DNA of 64,000 nucleotides from Phoronis australis (lineage: Eukaryota; Animalia; Phoronida), in contig NMRA01000011.1 in assembly GCA_002633005.1 (NCBI GenBank), positions 110,214 through 174,213 on the forward strand. The letters are read 5' to 3'. The first letter of the stretch is position 1; each line of letters opens with the position of its first letter. Below the pieces are notes generated by a model. The model did not search any database. It saw only the letters and a program-made list of their open reading frames with translations, and was not told where the DNA came from. Shown piece by piece: positions 1 to 12,587 of this stretch. The position numbers and the translations under genes were made by a program.

Positions 1-99
1 TGACGCGAAATTCTTGCCTCTCAAAACGTCATTTCCGGAGTAGAGAACGAATAATTAATTAAATTACGAAAAGCTATATAATTCAGTGGAAAATTTGTC

Positions 100-1530
100 T
101 GGGATAACCAACGAACCTTATTTTTTTCTAAAAATGACATGAAAAAATGTTGCCTTCGTCTTTAAGAACACACAGCCGTGGACGCAAAAAAGCAAAATTG
201 CCCATAGGATTGCTAGAATAGACAAAAACATCCCGAAACAACGATAGAAGGGTTTTTGCATCAGGAACACACTCCTCAATTTTCATAATGATCCTTAAAG
301 TGGTTTGGCAGATAGTGAGGCAGACATGAAAAACGTAATTTTTAAATGGCCACCAGGTAGCGGAGAAAACATCAAGTCTGTAAATGGGAAGACCTTGTCA
401 TCTCCTGAATAGAAACTTGTTTGCCGAATTTCACGAATGTACTTTCAATATTCATGATATCTGAAGATACAGATTTGTAAACTTTAAGGTAAACCAACAT
501 TTTGCTCCTAAGGCACGGTGGTATTTGTATCAGTTTGACACTTGTTAGCGTTTGTTCTCGGCTCTGTAGGAACACATCTTTCAAATCTCACAAAGCTCCT
601 TTAAAGGGTCGAGATTCAGCTGCAGACGCAAAAAACAAAATAGCCACTAGGGGGAGATACGGTAGTCAGACCCGTCTGAAGGTCAACGTCAGCTTGGCCT
701 TCTCATCAGGAACACGTCTGCAAATTTTCATACTAAAACTTTAAGCGGTATGGCAGATAGGAAGGCAGACGGCGGAAAACCGATGCAAAGATAACGGTGG
801 CGCAGAAAACATCAAATCTGTCTGAAAATGAGAAGGCCTTGTTGTCTCCTTATTTGAAACTTATTTACCAAATTTTGAGAAATTATAATTATATGAGCTC
901 CGAAGACAAAGGGGCCAACCTAAAAAAACATGTTGCCACAAGAGAGCACAGAGGTATTTGGATCAGATCAAAGTCATTGCCATTTCTCGACGGCTCCACA
1001 TCAATGCTTCTTTCAAATTTAACGAAGCTCCTTCAAAGGGTTAAGGAGATTCAGGCGCAGAAGCAAGTAAAAAACAAAACTGCCACTAAGGAGTGACACT
1101 GACAGTAGTTGGACTTGATCAAAGTCAATGACGGTCGTGACCTTCTCATCAGGAACATATCTGTAAATTTTCAGAATTATATGGTCCTTTGACCGGTATG
1201 TCAGATAGAGAGATGGATGCCACAAAACGGATGCTAAAGTAACAAAAAAGGCCACAAGGTGACTTAAAACATGTGGAGTCCGTATGAAAATGGAATGGCA
1301 CCATCACAAAAACTTATTTGCCGAATTTCCCGAAAATCCATCAAAGAACTCAAAAGATACATACTAGGCAAACATAAAATACTTAAACTGCCACTACGGG
1401 GCACAGCAGTATTCAGATCAGTCTGAAACTCATCTTCATCTGTCATCAGCCACAGAGGAACACACCTACCACACTTCAGTCAAATTAGGCAAGGGGTTTA
1501 GGAGATACAGCTGTGGACGGCAGATGGCCA
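100..1530. repeat. Degenerate higher-order tandem repeat: ~147-bp monomers in ~444-bp trimers (in the ADHFE1 intron after exon 5)
   Basis: CATCAGGAACA recurs at 259, 704 and 1147 (periods 445 and 443). Related monomer motifs recur every ~140-160 bp. Confidence 0.75.
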
Positions 1531-2430
1531 GAAAGAGATGACGACAATATGCAGCCACAAGTAAATATGTGGGAGCATAACAAGGGTAAACAAGCCTCTA
1601 GTGTAGACAATAACTTAAAACGAATGTGAGACCAAGGTGGTGCACTTGCACATTCAGGGATGGTTTTATACAATGAATATACAAGGACTCCTTCAGTCTG
1701 TTCTCACACTGTACAACATACTACAATTGGTCATGGAGTACTCTGCAGTATCGTGGAGACGTTTGTAGGCATCAGAACCTCTGATAGACACCTTGAATCA
1801 TCTCAGGAAAATGAATGAACTACACGTATTTGGCTATTTATTAAATGTTGATCGTGCTTCTGCTGAACAGGTGTATAAAGCTGATTTGAAAACTATAAGC
1901 ACCTTAAACTGCTTCAAACTGGAATTCTTTGCACACGGTGCAAGAAGCAAACTTTTAAGTTTGATCGTAAAATTCCTAAAAACCTGTCCCTTACTCCAAT
2001 GAGAACTGATTTCTGGGCTTACGAAGAAGTAATCCATTGATACCATGCTTGCCGCATAAAATGACATGCCATGGCAAGCCAGTTTAAACAGCCTGGTCTC
2101 AAACACTAATGAAACGGCAGTTTTTTTGAAGTCCTGAAATCAATATGTCTACGCAACAATAAGAGACCATGTTCATAGTGGTAAGTGGTCTAAATTAAAA
2201 GTTATTTTTGTAACGAAAGGCTGATAAACAGATGCTTCAATCAATGGGTTCCATTTCACATGATTTTCAGTTATTGTTAGATCTTAACTACAAACAGTTT
2301 GCATACACTTTAAGGTGCATTCAGTTGGATACAAATCGGATGTTGATAGTGCAGGCGAAACAAGAAGGAACTGCAGTCAACAGCCAAACATGCAGTGGCA
2401 AAATTCTAAGCGTATCCAGCTTCAGTAAAC

Positions 2431-2585
2431 CTGCTATCTGTAGGCTCAACCCTCGTGTTGTCAAACACTTGGAAGTTGACGCCGTGTTTCGTCAGTGAGT
2501 CAACGACGGTCTTCATGGGGGGTAAGGCGGCGATGTTTTTGTCGGTCATTACACACACATTTTTCATGCCCATGTTCATGAAATC
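2431..2585 (-). CDS. ADHFE1: ADHFE1 coding exon 5 (DFMNMGMKNVCVMTDKNIAALPPMKTVVDSLTKHGVNFQVFDNTRVEPTDS); gene continues beyond the left edge
   Basis: Acceptor ttctatgtgcag| and donor AG|gtttac. The exon is 155 nt and matches the iron-containing ADH/HOT segment DLKNMGAKNVCLMTDKNL..LPPV...DSL.K.G..F.VYD.VRVEPTDS. Confidence 0.95.
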
Positions 2586-4884
2586 CTGCACATAGAAAAT
2601 TGAAAGGTGAGACAATCAATCACTTAAGTTTCAACTCAAGGATGTAAACCAACTGAAACGAAAGGAACGCATATAATTAACACGTAACAACCACGAGAAG
2701 ACTACTATTATTACTTACTTTTATGAATTTCTGCAAGGCCACAAAAGTATACTAGTTGGTCTAGGTCTCTGTTTTGTGTTTGAAAATTGGATCAATAAAG
2801 CAGCATTTTTTAATTTTGCACATTTTCACAAAAATACAATCCACCCCAGATGAGTACAAATTATGCGGTATTTGGCAAGTGGTGGCACTTCAAATCTTGA
2901 TTACCCTCGCTAAACGTTTGTGCAGTTTTTCCAAAAAAAAACATCAAACCTTTTGGTGAAATTAAACGTGGGAGAGCTTTTCTTTGTTTTTGATACACAA
3001 TGAGCATGGATCGCCAAATGAGTTGCAAAAAACCAACTAAGCTTTCTGACTTATTCAATGAGTTTGTTTTTTACTAACACCTGTAATATTAAGATTTGTC
3101 TCAACTTCAAACTTTGAGACGTCCACATCTGGCAAGTTATTCAAAATTAATACAAAACTTAAAATCTCTTTCTTGAAACGTACTTGACACGAATTTATGT
3201 TTTATCTTAAAAGTGACTGAAATTTTAGATTTGTCTTAGCTAAGTCACTGAGTTTTCTTGGAAGGGCACCCGGATTACGTAATGGTCAATCTTTGAATGG
3301 GCACTCCCAATTCCAGACATCCTCCATTTCCCTCAGTCTCTTCATTTCAGGACACCAAAATTTGGGACCAAGATTCTGAATATTGACTCAAGGGTGATTT
3401 TGGGTTTCATCACATTTCTCTAAAATATCTGACAGTGTGTGCCGTATCAACAGTCTGAAAATAAACTTGGCGCTTCACGAAATTGTCAAACATAAATGGC
3501 TGACGCAATGTTTTCAACCATCCGCATAGTGTGCAACATTGTGTAGAATGATCGTTTGTTGAATGATCATAATTCTTCGATTTGGCCAATACTATCTAAA
3601 ATTTCGTACAAGCTCTTAGCTTGTGAAAAATAATAAATTCTATCTGCTAAAGACTGGAAAACGTTTATATGTAGTGTGACTATTATTTCAGAACACACAC
3701 AGTGTGTAATATTTAAACGGCAGGTCTTACATAAGTCTAGAGAAATGAAGAAATAGTTCGATCCGGTACACACTATACTTCAACAAATTTCTAATATATT
3801 ATGGTTTTGTATGCATCAGAACTCAGAGGTAATTACTGTAATTGGAGCAGGACAATTAAACTAACTGTCACCATTTCGCTTCATGACAGTTTGAATTACC
3901 AGAATGAAAGGCCATTAAAAGCACACACAGTTCCACTTATTGCATGCCACAAGGGGAGTGACTGAACTCAGAATGGACAAATTATTTTAATTACCGAATG
4001 ACAGTGTAGAACTGAAGAACGCTCAGTGTCAAATCTGGCCTTTGAATGGTGCAATAGCAAAACAATGCTGGAACTGCACAGTTACAGATTAACCATTTAA
4101 ATCAAATAGTTTTGCATGAATCTGTTGAGGTTTTAGGAATTTCCATATGCAAAATCAAAACTTGAGGATGCAGCATTAGCTGTTCGAGAATCACAGGAGA
4201 TCTATGACATCCTCCCCATAATAGGGTATCTTTAGAATGTGCTCACACTTCAAACGAGACTAACTGTGACTTAGCAGTGTTTATTGACTTCAAAGTGCTT
4301 ATAACCCCCATTTACCTAGTTTTGGCAAGTGACTAATTGTAAGCATCATTAAATTCCTTTATAGCAATGCATATCACAACCGTGAATTCAATATCCTAAA
4401 AATCAGGATATACAAGAACATAAATCAATTGAAAGTTTCTTAGCTCCACGAAAACGGCACCAATTAATGCGTGATTTCCACTAACACGCGAGTTTCTTGT
4501 ACATGTATTAACATGTGCCATAGATGTGCTTCTCTGACGTCTCACAGGAAAGTGAGAAGAGCCACGGCGTGCTCAAATACTAACTTGTCACAGGCACAAA
4601 AATATATTAAGCTATAAAGTATTGGAAAACAAGCAGCAATATCTGAACTTCCGCGCTAAACATAATCATGGAGGATGACTACTGGTGATTGGTTGCCCCG
4701 ATTCTACGTAGCCTGTATCGACCAATAAATGCTCATAATTAAAATTATCATATGTGTAAAGTTTGTGGGTGTTCTCATTTGACAGAAGATCGACTGGTGG
4801 GGTTGTGTTTTGATACCTTTGATATGAAATTGGTGTTTTTTAAAAAGCACAAGCAACGAGACGACAGGTTTAAACTCATTAAAA

Positions 4885-5523
4885 AGGTAATCAAAAAAGA
4901 CTAGTCATTAAAAAAATGAATCGTTTATTAACTAGAAAAGAAACAAGCTTAATTGAGCTTGTAGTAGTATTATGCAAGTCATTTATTTACTGCGATTCCT
5001 GTGCATATTAAAATCATAAAGAGGTAATCAAAAAAGAATAGTCATTAAAAAAATGAATCGTTTATTAACTAGAAAAGAAACAAGCTTAATTGAGCTTGTA
5101 GTAATATTATGCAAGTCATTTATTTACTGCGATTCCTGTACATATTAAAATCACAAAGAGGTAATCAAAAAAAGAATAGTCATTAAAAAATGAATCGTTT
5201 ATTAACTAGAAAAGAAACAAGATTAATTGAGCTTGTAGTAGTATTATGCGAGTCATTTATTTACCGCGATTCCTGTGCATATTAAAATCATAAAGAGGTA
5301 ATCAAAAAAAGAATAGTCATTAAAAAAATGAATTGTTTATTAACTAGAAAGGAAACAAGCTTAATTGAGCTTGTAGTAGTATTATGCAAGCCATTTATTT
5401 ACTGCGATTCCTGTGCATATTAAAATCATAAAGAGGTAATCAAAAAAGAATAGTCATTAAAAAAATGAATTGTTTATTAACTAGAAAAGAAACAAGCTTA
5501 ATTGAACTTGTAGTAGTATTATG
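4885..5523. repeat. 137-138 bp AT-rich tandem repeat, ~4.7 near-identical copies running into the N gap
   Basis: Units start AGGTAATCAAAAAA at 4885, 5022, 5159, 5296 and 5434. Confidence 0.95.
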
Positions 5524-6128
5524 NNNNNNNNNNNNNNNNNNNNNNNNNNNNNNNNNNNNNNNNNNNNNNNNNNNNNNNNNNNNNNNNNNNNNNNNNNNNN
5601 NNNNNNNNNNNNNNNNNNNNNNNNNNNNNNNNNNNNNNNNNNNNNNNNNNNNNNNNNNNNNNNNNNNNNNNNNNNNNNNNNNNNNNNNNNNNNNNNNNNN
5701 NNNNNNNNNNNNNNNNNNNNNNNNNNNNNNNNNNNNNNNNNNNNNNNNNNNNNNNNNNNNNNNNNNNNNNNNNNNNNNNNNNNNNNNNNNNNNNNNNNNN
5801 NNNNNNNNNNNNNNNNNNNNNNNNNNNNNNNNNNNNNNNNNNNNNNNNNNNNNNNNNNNNNNNNNNNNNNNNNNNNNNNNNNNNNNNNNNNNNNNNNNNN
5901 NNNNNNNNNNNNNNNNNNNNNNNNNNNNNNNNNNNNNNNNNNNNNNNNNNNNNNNNNNNNNNNNNNNNNNNNNNNNNNNNNNNNNNNNNNNNNNNNNNNN
6001 NNNNNNNNNNNNNNNNNNNNNNNNNNNNNNNNNNNNNNNNNNNNNNNNNNNNNNNNNNNNNNNNNNNNNNNNNNNNNNNNNNNNNNNNNNNNNNNNNNNN
6101 NNNNNNNNNNNNNNNNNNNNNNNNNNNN
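5524..6128. other. Assembly gap (N run)
   Basis: Run of 605 N, probably a collapsed continuation of the 137-bp array. Confidence 0.99.
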
Positions 6129-6453
6129 CCACTAACTACAAACTATAAATACACTACATATGCAAACGAATCACGATATATTACTAATAAAACAAAATAA
6201 TGAAGACTTTTCGAGCAAGCCATAGCACATTCAGTTACAAGGAAAAAATGGCGGCGTTCAGGACAAGTTCCTGAACTGAGGAGCCGGAAATGTGGGTACG
6301 GAAATAACCGATGACAACCGGTAATCATACGCTCAGAGAGAAGGGTCAAATACTGTTACAAAATCGCTTTTGGCAAGAAAGGCGAAAAGAATATAAAGAA
6401 AGGGTGTCGAAAATCGGATACTGGAACCACATGGGCAGTTTGCAACAAGGACT

Positions 6454-6521
6454 TTAAAAAAATGAGTTGTTTATTAACTAGAAAAGAAACGAGCTTAATT
6501 GAGCTTGTAGTAGTATCATGC
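6454..6521. repeat. Partial solo copy of the 137-bp repeat unit
   Basis: ttaaaaaaatgagttgtttattaactagaaaagaaacgagcttaattgagcttgtagtagtatcatgc matches the array unit. Confidence 0.9.
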
Positions 6522-6979
6522 GTATAGAGAGAATGGGACAGCTCAGGCATCTACCTCCAGAGTAAGGTGTAACCATACAGTAGGCCCAGACAAAGAGTCT
6601 GATCCGTGGCAACTGAATTTGAACTTCCAGCATAGTACGGAAGTAAGAGTACATTTTTGGGACGCCTTGTACATCTATTTCGTGGTCTCCGTTAAATTTC
6701 ATAAGTAAATTGTCTAATTTGAAGTAAGATCTAAAAGATGAAAAACAATTGTTGACACAACTATTCAGCATACAAACAAAGGTACAACGAAGATCTCTCA
6801 AGCAGAAAAGTTCTAGGTGAACAATCCAAAAAAGAAGCTACCAGCACAGGGTGGAGAATAATCAGATCTAATCAAAACTTGGAAGCTGCTGCCCTCTACC
6901 TAATGCCCTTTAAATTCCCTCAAAGTTGTCAGTGGTCCTCATCTATCTAATGCTCTTGAAACTGTCTTGAAAGACTTAC

Positions 6980-7033
6980 CATGCCGACCTCTTGCGTCAC
7001 ACCTTCACCATATCGAATATTAGAGCATGCCAT
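6980..7033 (-). CDS. ADHFE1: ADHFE1 coding exon 4 (MACSNIRYGEGVTQEVGM)
   Basis: Acceptor ctcatttgtag| and donor ATG|gtaagt. The exon is 54 nt and closely matches the recalled ADHFE1 segment MAVSNIRYGAAVTKEVGM. Confidence 0.95.
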
Positions 7034-8593
7034 CTACAAATGAGATCGAAATCCACTAATTAAACGTCATCAAAATGATGTCAAAAAGTGGCATAAAGCA
7101 ATTCCGAAATTTGCATCTACCTGACTACTTGAGCACACAATGACAGTTATCTTGATAGACTATACAGCATTCTCTGTTCAATTACAATAAACTACATATT
7201 TGAAATAATCACCATTACCATTATCTACTCCTCCGTCTACTCCTCAACAGGCTTTGACAAGGACGTAAATGTCAACAAACTGCAGTTACCCCCTCCAAGA
7301 TAATAACCACCACAGAAGCTATCTTTGGGGAACTTTCAGATGTTACCACATAGGCACCAAACACATCCTTTGGAGAAAACTAAACAATGCTTCATTAAGC
7401 ATAAAGTATTCAGGCACAGCTTTTAATGGAGAAAGCAATTTTTTATATCGCCTAATTTACTAAAGTTCAAATCCCCCAGTAATTTCAGAGAGACATCTTT
7501 CAGCCCGTTGTCATTTGCCACAATGGAAATATGACGTAAATGAAACAGCACAAGACCCACATCTTGCTTAGAATGGTGAATTTACTTCCATTGAGCGAGC
7601 ACATTGGAAAAGCATCAAGCATCAGTTCCCAGTGCCGTTAAAGTACCGAATGCCGAAATGAAAAATATAAATGGTGACACAGCGTGAAGTGCTGCTGCCT
7701 GACCTATATTTTGACAGTTGAAGGTGTTGACAATATGATATTTTTATGCTTTAGTATTTAGTCAACAATGACACGAAACAAAGCCTGCAAACACAATTTG
7801 GTAAAGACCGCCCTCGACTTTTGTTAACAATGTGGTCTAAAGGTTAGTTATTATGCTTGGAAGACAAAAACTAAATTCATAAATCATAAACAATAAAATT
7901 TCATTGAGTGCCAATTTTTAGAATGTTTATTAATTCGATATATATAAATACATATGAATATATCAATCATAAGATTAGTTAACACAACAAAAAATCCAAC
8001 TGAGGATATAACACATGACTGCTGCTAACTCAGGAAGCTGAAAATGCTGGTAAATGACCAAAGTTGAAAGTAACGTTTGCAGTGCATTTTACTTCCTTTA
8101 CATGAACAACCGACCGGTAAAGTTTTTTTGTACTTGGTAGTGAGAGCTACACTCTAGCAAAACAGACCTAAAATAAATTACGTAAAACATCAAAAAACAA
8201 ACATCAGAACACCAACTCTGATTTAAAACAGTTGTATTGAATAGGCCAAGTTCTTAAAATTCTTTTAGCACAGACCACATTCCTCCGGTCTGAGGTTTTG
8301 GTGGCCATAAGTAATCAGCATCGGTATTGAATGAGTACCGGTATTTGGCAATGCTGGAACCGGAACGACTTTCAAAAACTGGTACCCAATTTAATGTGAA
8401 CACAGTAGACTGACTTTTATTAGGCCACTACCATCTCTCCTGTCTATAGTTTGCAAAAGTAAAAACGATTTTTGGTTAACCCGGATAAAAAACTCCTCAA
8501 GAAACCATAATTATATTTTTAGTACAGTAACATCCAAAACATTACATCTGCAGCAGTAATCCCACCAACTGAAGAACTCGACACTGATCTCAC

Positions 8594-8655
8594 CTCAAAA
8601 GCATACTCCTTGGATTCTGGGCCGGAGTTGGCTGAGCTGGCATGTCCGTGTTTAC
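8594..8655 (-). CDS. ADHFE1: ADHFE1 coding exon 3 (GKHGHASSANSGPESKEYAFE)
   Basis: Acceptor ccattctag| and donor GAG|gtgaga. The exon is 62 nt, phase 1 to 0, and ends in the conserved (D/E)YAFE. Confidence 0.9.
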
Positions 8656-9093
8656 CTAGAATGGATGGAAATGACAGTCATATTGAAGCATCTTCCAACG
8701 CCAACTTAAAACAAACACTTCAGTCGGAGACTGCAGGGGTGGAACATCCGCAAAGCGATTACCACATGGATATTCCGCATTAAATAGTGCCGAAGTTATC
8801 CGAAGGCCCTGACGGGAATGGAAATGCCTGCAATATTCGCTTCCACATTTAGGCGATCGGTTTCCCAACAGTTCAATGCGAGGATGTTCTTGTATTGCTT
8901 TCCCACTCCATCCATTCCGTTCGAGAAAACTGGCACAATCATCAATAGGAGAACACGTTGTGAAGATGTACAATTTTGAGTAACTTACTTGTAGCTCTAC
9001 AAAAAGCTTTTTCATGGCTTCTAGAAAATAATCATGAAAACCAAGCTTTTGTTTATGGGTGATGGTTTCATTGGGTGACATTCAAGAACCAAC

Positions 9094-9164
9094 CTGAACC
9101 ACAGACATGCTGACCAACAGAGGTTGCTCTTGTGAATCCTTGAGAGTGAGCAGGACACCTGCAT
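9094..9164 (-). CDS. ADHFE1: ADHFE1 coding exon 2 (CRCPAHSQGFTRATSVGQHVCGS-G)
   Basis: Acceptor ctttttccacag| and donor CAG|gttggt. The exon is 71 nt, phase 2 to 1, and contains the conserved CxCPxHS motif. Confidence 0.85.
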
Positions 9165-10165
9165 CTGTGGAAAAAGTAAAAACTATGGTTACTTTTCACT
9201 TTCAGACAGTATCCAAACTTTAGTGTGCACTGAAATTCAAGCCAAAATTGAACTTTATTGATTCAGTCGTGGGTAATTTTGAAGTTCAACCTTTTTTGTC
9301 AAATTTCATACACTGCATTTTCTTTGAACAAAATCTAAGAAAAAAATCATTGAAAATAGCAGTCAATGCAAAATTTGTCTTCCTTGTTATTTGCGAATTT
9401 GAGACAGCTAATATTGCCTATTTTTAAAACGTGGTACAACCTCCGGCCTCAAGCAAAACAAATAATCTTCATTGTCCCTAACTGGATCACGTTTACTGTA
9501 ATAAGGGTCCCTTTTTAAGGGACCTTTCACAATGATAATTGCTCACACAAATGTACAAAACGTGTGCTCTAAGGTAGAGATGGAGGGGTTTAGGCTTCCA
9601 GTTATTGCAAACTTATACAATGTTTGTTAATATGTACACCATTAAACTAAACGAAACCACAGCGTTAATATTCCCATGACTCTATGGGTACGTGCAGGTC
9701 CTTTTGGCATAAACATTTAACTTATGTAATGAACTACATTTAAAGCATATACCAACATTTGAGACTTTCGTTAGGTTGCAAAAGGAATGTGATTTGTACA
9801 GTAATGTTGTAAAAATTGTGAATGATTCCTAAAAAGACACATCGACACACTTCAGGAGTGTGAAGCTTTGAAAAGCAAACAAATTCCAGGCCCTTGTTCA
9901 TCTCAGACGGAAGGTGTCTGTTCCTTCAGAGAAGGGAATTTTTTAGACAAGGGTAAAATTCTCCATCCCACCCTCTGTTGTTTCAAATCACCCGTGTGAT
10001 TTACAAGAATTTCATTCCATCCTATAATTAAAATCAATTCAGGGGAATTTTTGAGTTTAAAGAATTTCGCACGACTTTGTATTGACACCCACATTTTGAA
10101 ATTCCAACACTCAATGACACCTGCCTTGGCCATACCGTCCTTTAAACACATCAGATTGTGTACAC

Positions 10166-10283
10166 ACCAGGATTTTCCGTTGATAATAATTAATGCCCCG
10201 ACATTTATTGGGTATTACTTAAACGCCTGACATTTTTTATTTTCCAAATACATTCCCGTGGGCTTATCACGGAAAATCCTGGT
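10166..10283. mobile_element. Small MITE (Tc1/pogo-like)
   Basis: Perfect 15-bp inverted repeat ACCAGGATTTTCCGT (10166-10180) / ACGGAAAATCCTGGT (10269-10283), extending to ~20 bp with one gap. Flanks are CA and TA, consistent with a decayed TA TSD. Confidence 0.7.
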
Positions 10284-12525
10284 ATATGCCATTTGTTACA
10301 TTTGTAAAATTGAGAAGTCAGAGATAGATTTCAAAACAGTACACTTTTTCCACATGTATGCGCCACTTGCTATATTTGGTAAAGAGACATCTATTGGGAG
10401 ATGATCAAAATTAATGCACTGAAGAAACGTTTCCTGAAAATTTCAGGTCGCTGGTAAAAAAGTACTCAAAATTCCTAAAAAAGTACGCACTTCTGATGAT
10501 TTGTTTTGATCTCTGCGACAATATTGTGAAAACAAAATTGTGAATTGGAGAATTGTCCAACACATAGCGCTCAGTTCCATGATAATCAAAGTTGGCGCAT
10601 ATGATCGCTACACAAATGTAATTGCAGAACATAACACACACAGGTTTGTTTTCATGACGAAACAAACTAAGTTTTAGAAAAGAACTGCACAGTTTTTAAT
10701 GACCTTGGCTTTTTGCAAGATTTTGTTTGGCTTCACTTCAATTGCACCCACATCATTCCAAAACCATACACAGCTTCAAACCAAGGCTAAGTTCAATGAG
10801 ACCAACATAACTAAGGAGAGAAAAAGGCCTTAATTTGATTTTCGTTTTTAGCCAGCTAAAGAGGGCCAGATGCTGGTGCATTAATTGAGGAACCAATGAC
10901 ATCACCTCATAGGCCTACACCCTTGACTACAGTACTCACATACTTTTGTACCTCAGATGGTGTCTTAGGCTTGAACATCAGGGACCGCTACATCCGACCA
11001 ATGCCCTCTTTGGCTTCGATTAAGTTTGAAGAATTACATTTGACCCTTTTTCAATATTATGCAGTAAGAATTTCTACACTGTAGTTCTACTACTGCAGTA
11101 TCACAAAGCAATTACCTTCCCTGTGGAAGTCGGTGGTGTGCACAGGGGAAAGCATATAGTACCCGTATAAAAAGTTGTCACTTCAAAATACAGCTATAGC
11201 AATTGAGCAGTGAGCATGCCCGGAGGCACACACTTGCAAATGTAGCATGGGAAGATGTTTGGTGGAATTTGTAAGATTTGTGTCCCGGCGTGATTTCACC
11301 AAACTTCCTTCACGTGGCACCCAGAGACGTAAGCTTAACCGCGACAGATTTTCACGGATATGTTCAAATTATATTGACTAAATTGTCTCCAGAACATGAC
11401 AGTAGGTGTTATAGCTTAAAAAAAATATATATGTGCATGTTTCATCTGGTGTCATTCGTTGGATTTTGAGATGAGTAACTTTTTTATGGTGTGCACTATC
11501 GCTCCTGTTTGCCAGCTGTATACATGGAGCCTTACACTTTTAGTGTATCGTCCGGTTACCTATTGTCGTCAGGCTCCAAAGGTCGTCCGCCATCTTGTTT
11601 CGCGTGCAGCGCAACCACGCGGGACTTAGCGTTCCAATTTGGAGTGCTCGTGTGCACGTTAGGTACTAACTTATCGGAAGAGACACGTATCAAAGTAATG
11701 AGACAAAAATGGTGAGTTTACCGATTGTTTTTTAAAACCACTTAAAAATCAGTAGATTTTACTAATACACTTTTTTGTGCGTTTTCAGAAGATGTTTTCG
11801 AATTTAAATTTTCTTCCGACGGGACACAAAACATGATCCAGGGTTTGTTTATGCAATGTATCTGTTTGTCCCAGGCACTAGTAGGATCTAGAAGGCCAAA
11901 GGAAAAATCCGCAGACAAATGCGATACGCTGGGTTCTTAACATTTTGCCTCACGCATTCACCATTAAACTGCATTGAAATGTTGTCCAATTGGCTTTTAT
12001 TGGAAACCACAGTGCAGAGCTCAACATCAAAGCTTCAAATCGAGTTTATGTCAATAAAAACAGGCTGTTGCAATTTTCATTACTTCGTTGGCCTTTTTCT
12101 GCATGTTTCTCAGTTTTTACAAAAGGGGGCAGCATATGACGAACTTAGGTGTCACAATAAAATGGCTGCCGAAGGCAGTGCACATTTGAAATAACTCGGC
12201 ACAAATTAAAGAAAACTTCCGAATCGATGAATGCGGTATATCTGTGAGAGTTAAATCGAATCCTATTCAGATCATAACTTTGAAGTGGAATAATTCGGTG
12301 AGTACAACAGCAAGTCGGTTTTATGCTTAGGCGGACGAACATTGGGTTCCCCAGTATACAGGGCATAGCCTACACGGCGATGCAGTAGGCCTATTGATAT
12401 TTTTGTTCACTTTAGTGTGACTTAAACCAGTAGTAGCAGGGTAATTCTGGCACCTAAAATGCAGGATTACCTCCCGAAATATAGCATAGCTGCATATTAA
12501 GGATGCAAGTGAGCAAAATACGTAC

Positions 12526-12587
12526 GATGCCGAAGAAATAGCCTTCACGAGATGGACCACCGATTCACGAGCACTTACTGACGCCAT
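12526..12587 (-). CDS. ADHFE1: ADHFE1 coding exon 1 (MASVSARESVVHLVKAISSA-S), mitochondrial presequence-like
   Basis: Start context aagATGGCG. The exon is 62 nt and ends in a phase-2 donor TC|gtacgt, joining in frame to the 9164 exon to give ...SSASCRCPAHS, which resembles the vertebrate ADHFE1 N-terminus (AACQCPTHS). Confidence 0.8.

Noticed and set aside
1834-2106. MDYFFVSPEI, resembling the end of a LINE endonuclease or a further ADHFE1 exon
   Set aside because: It does not match the next expected ADHFE1 segment (GGGS motif), and the similarity is too short to call a LINE.
4885-5523. Regular repeat array considered as CRISPR-like
   Set aside because: The units are fully repeated with no unique spacers, there are no cas genes, and the context is a eukaryotic intron.
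5440-6148. Long ORFs of 204-230 aa
   Set aside because: They consist almost entirely of N-gap X residues.
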